64,000 bases of DNA from Scyliorhinus canicula (taxonomy: Eukaryota): NCBI RefSeq assembly GCF_902713615.1, contig NC_052158.1, positions 13,636,546 to 13,700,545 of the forward strand, given 5' to 3'. The translations under genes and the position numbers were made by a program. Positions 63,276-64,000 of the stretch are shown here, one piece after another (positions within the stretch are counted from its first letter, which is position 1; every line of letters begins with the position of its first letter). The notes beneath the pieces were generated by a model that was not told where the DNA came from, did no database searches, and worked only from the letters and a program-made list of their open reading frames with translations.

Positions 63276-64000
63276 TCTGGTCGTATTTATTTTATTATTA
63301 AATTACTGGATGTAGGCGTCTCTAGCTCCGTCAGAATTTATTGCCCAACCCTAGTTTCCCGTAAGAAGGTGGTGGCGAAATGCCTTCTTGAACCGCTAGT
63401 CTATGTGGTGTAGGTACATCAACTGTGTTGTTAGGAAGGGAGTTCCGATTTTGACCTAGCGGCACTGAAGGAACGGCGATATATTTCCAAAGCAGAATGT
63501 GGGTGACTTGGAGGGGAAATTCTAGTTGGTGGTGTTTCCATGTATCTGCTGCCCTTATCCTGCTAGGTAGTATTGATCATGGGTTTGGAAGGTGCTGCAT
63601 ATGGAGTAGTCGCCGTTCGCAAATCTCGTTCGGTTCAGGCTCGCAATGAAAGATGTGCAGGAGCAATCTCGGACAGAACAATTCTCAGTTGAAGGACGAT
63701 CAATTTCAATAGGGCGGGGACAGATCAAGCCCAGGTAAATAGGAATAGTAAGCAAACCTGTGACGGAGCAATGGGCTGTCTGTAAATGGGATATGGTTTG
63801 ACCACAGTAAAGGTATATTCCCACAAGGAGAAATGACAGGATATAGAAAGACGGCGCTTTCTATGCCAGGAAAAACTGCGAGAGTAAGCATACAAATGGT
63901 GCATACAGCGGATGTCAGGTTGATAATAAATTAAGAACCAGGCCGAACATAGAAAGTTCAGAGGGGAAATGAAAAGAATAAGAGCAGCAAAAAGAGGGAA

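Overview
Vertebrate genomic DNA, inferred to be cartilaginous fish (shark-type CR1 LINEs, HE1/V-SINE-like SINEs, Tx1/L1-clade LINEs). Much of the window is transposon-derived. The unique sequence holds a small cluster of NKp30/NCR3-like single V-type Ig receptor genes, assembled here by hand from splice signals and reading phase. Gene A (minus strand; V exon 13867-14205) has a Lys-containing TM exon and a short tail with a degenerate ITAM. Gene B (plus strand; leader 48806-48863, V exon 52051-52389) has a neutral TM exon, three phase-compatible micro-exons and a candidate ITIM. The two V exons are about 93% identical (23 nt differences over 110 codons) while flanking introns and TM exons look unrelated, the pattern of an activating/inhibitory paired-receptor system. 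Between them is a probable third, Ig-less, disabled plus-strand gene C (leader, stalk/TM, DAP12-like ITAM with a nonsense codon). It lies head-to-head with gene A across a ~285-bp inverted duplication and carries a full-length L1 just after its first splice donor. Other notable elements: a hAT/Buster deletion derivative nested in a CR1, Penelope-type palindromes with minimal hammerhead ribozymes, a Harbinger Myb/SANT remnant and a 24-bp minisatellite. All gene models are inferences without transcript data.
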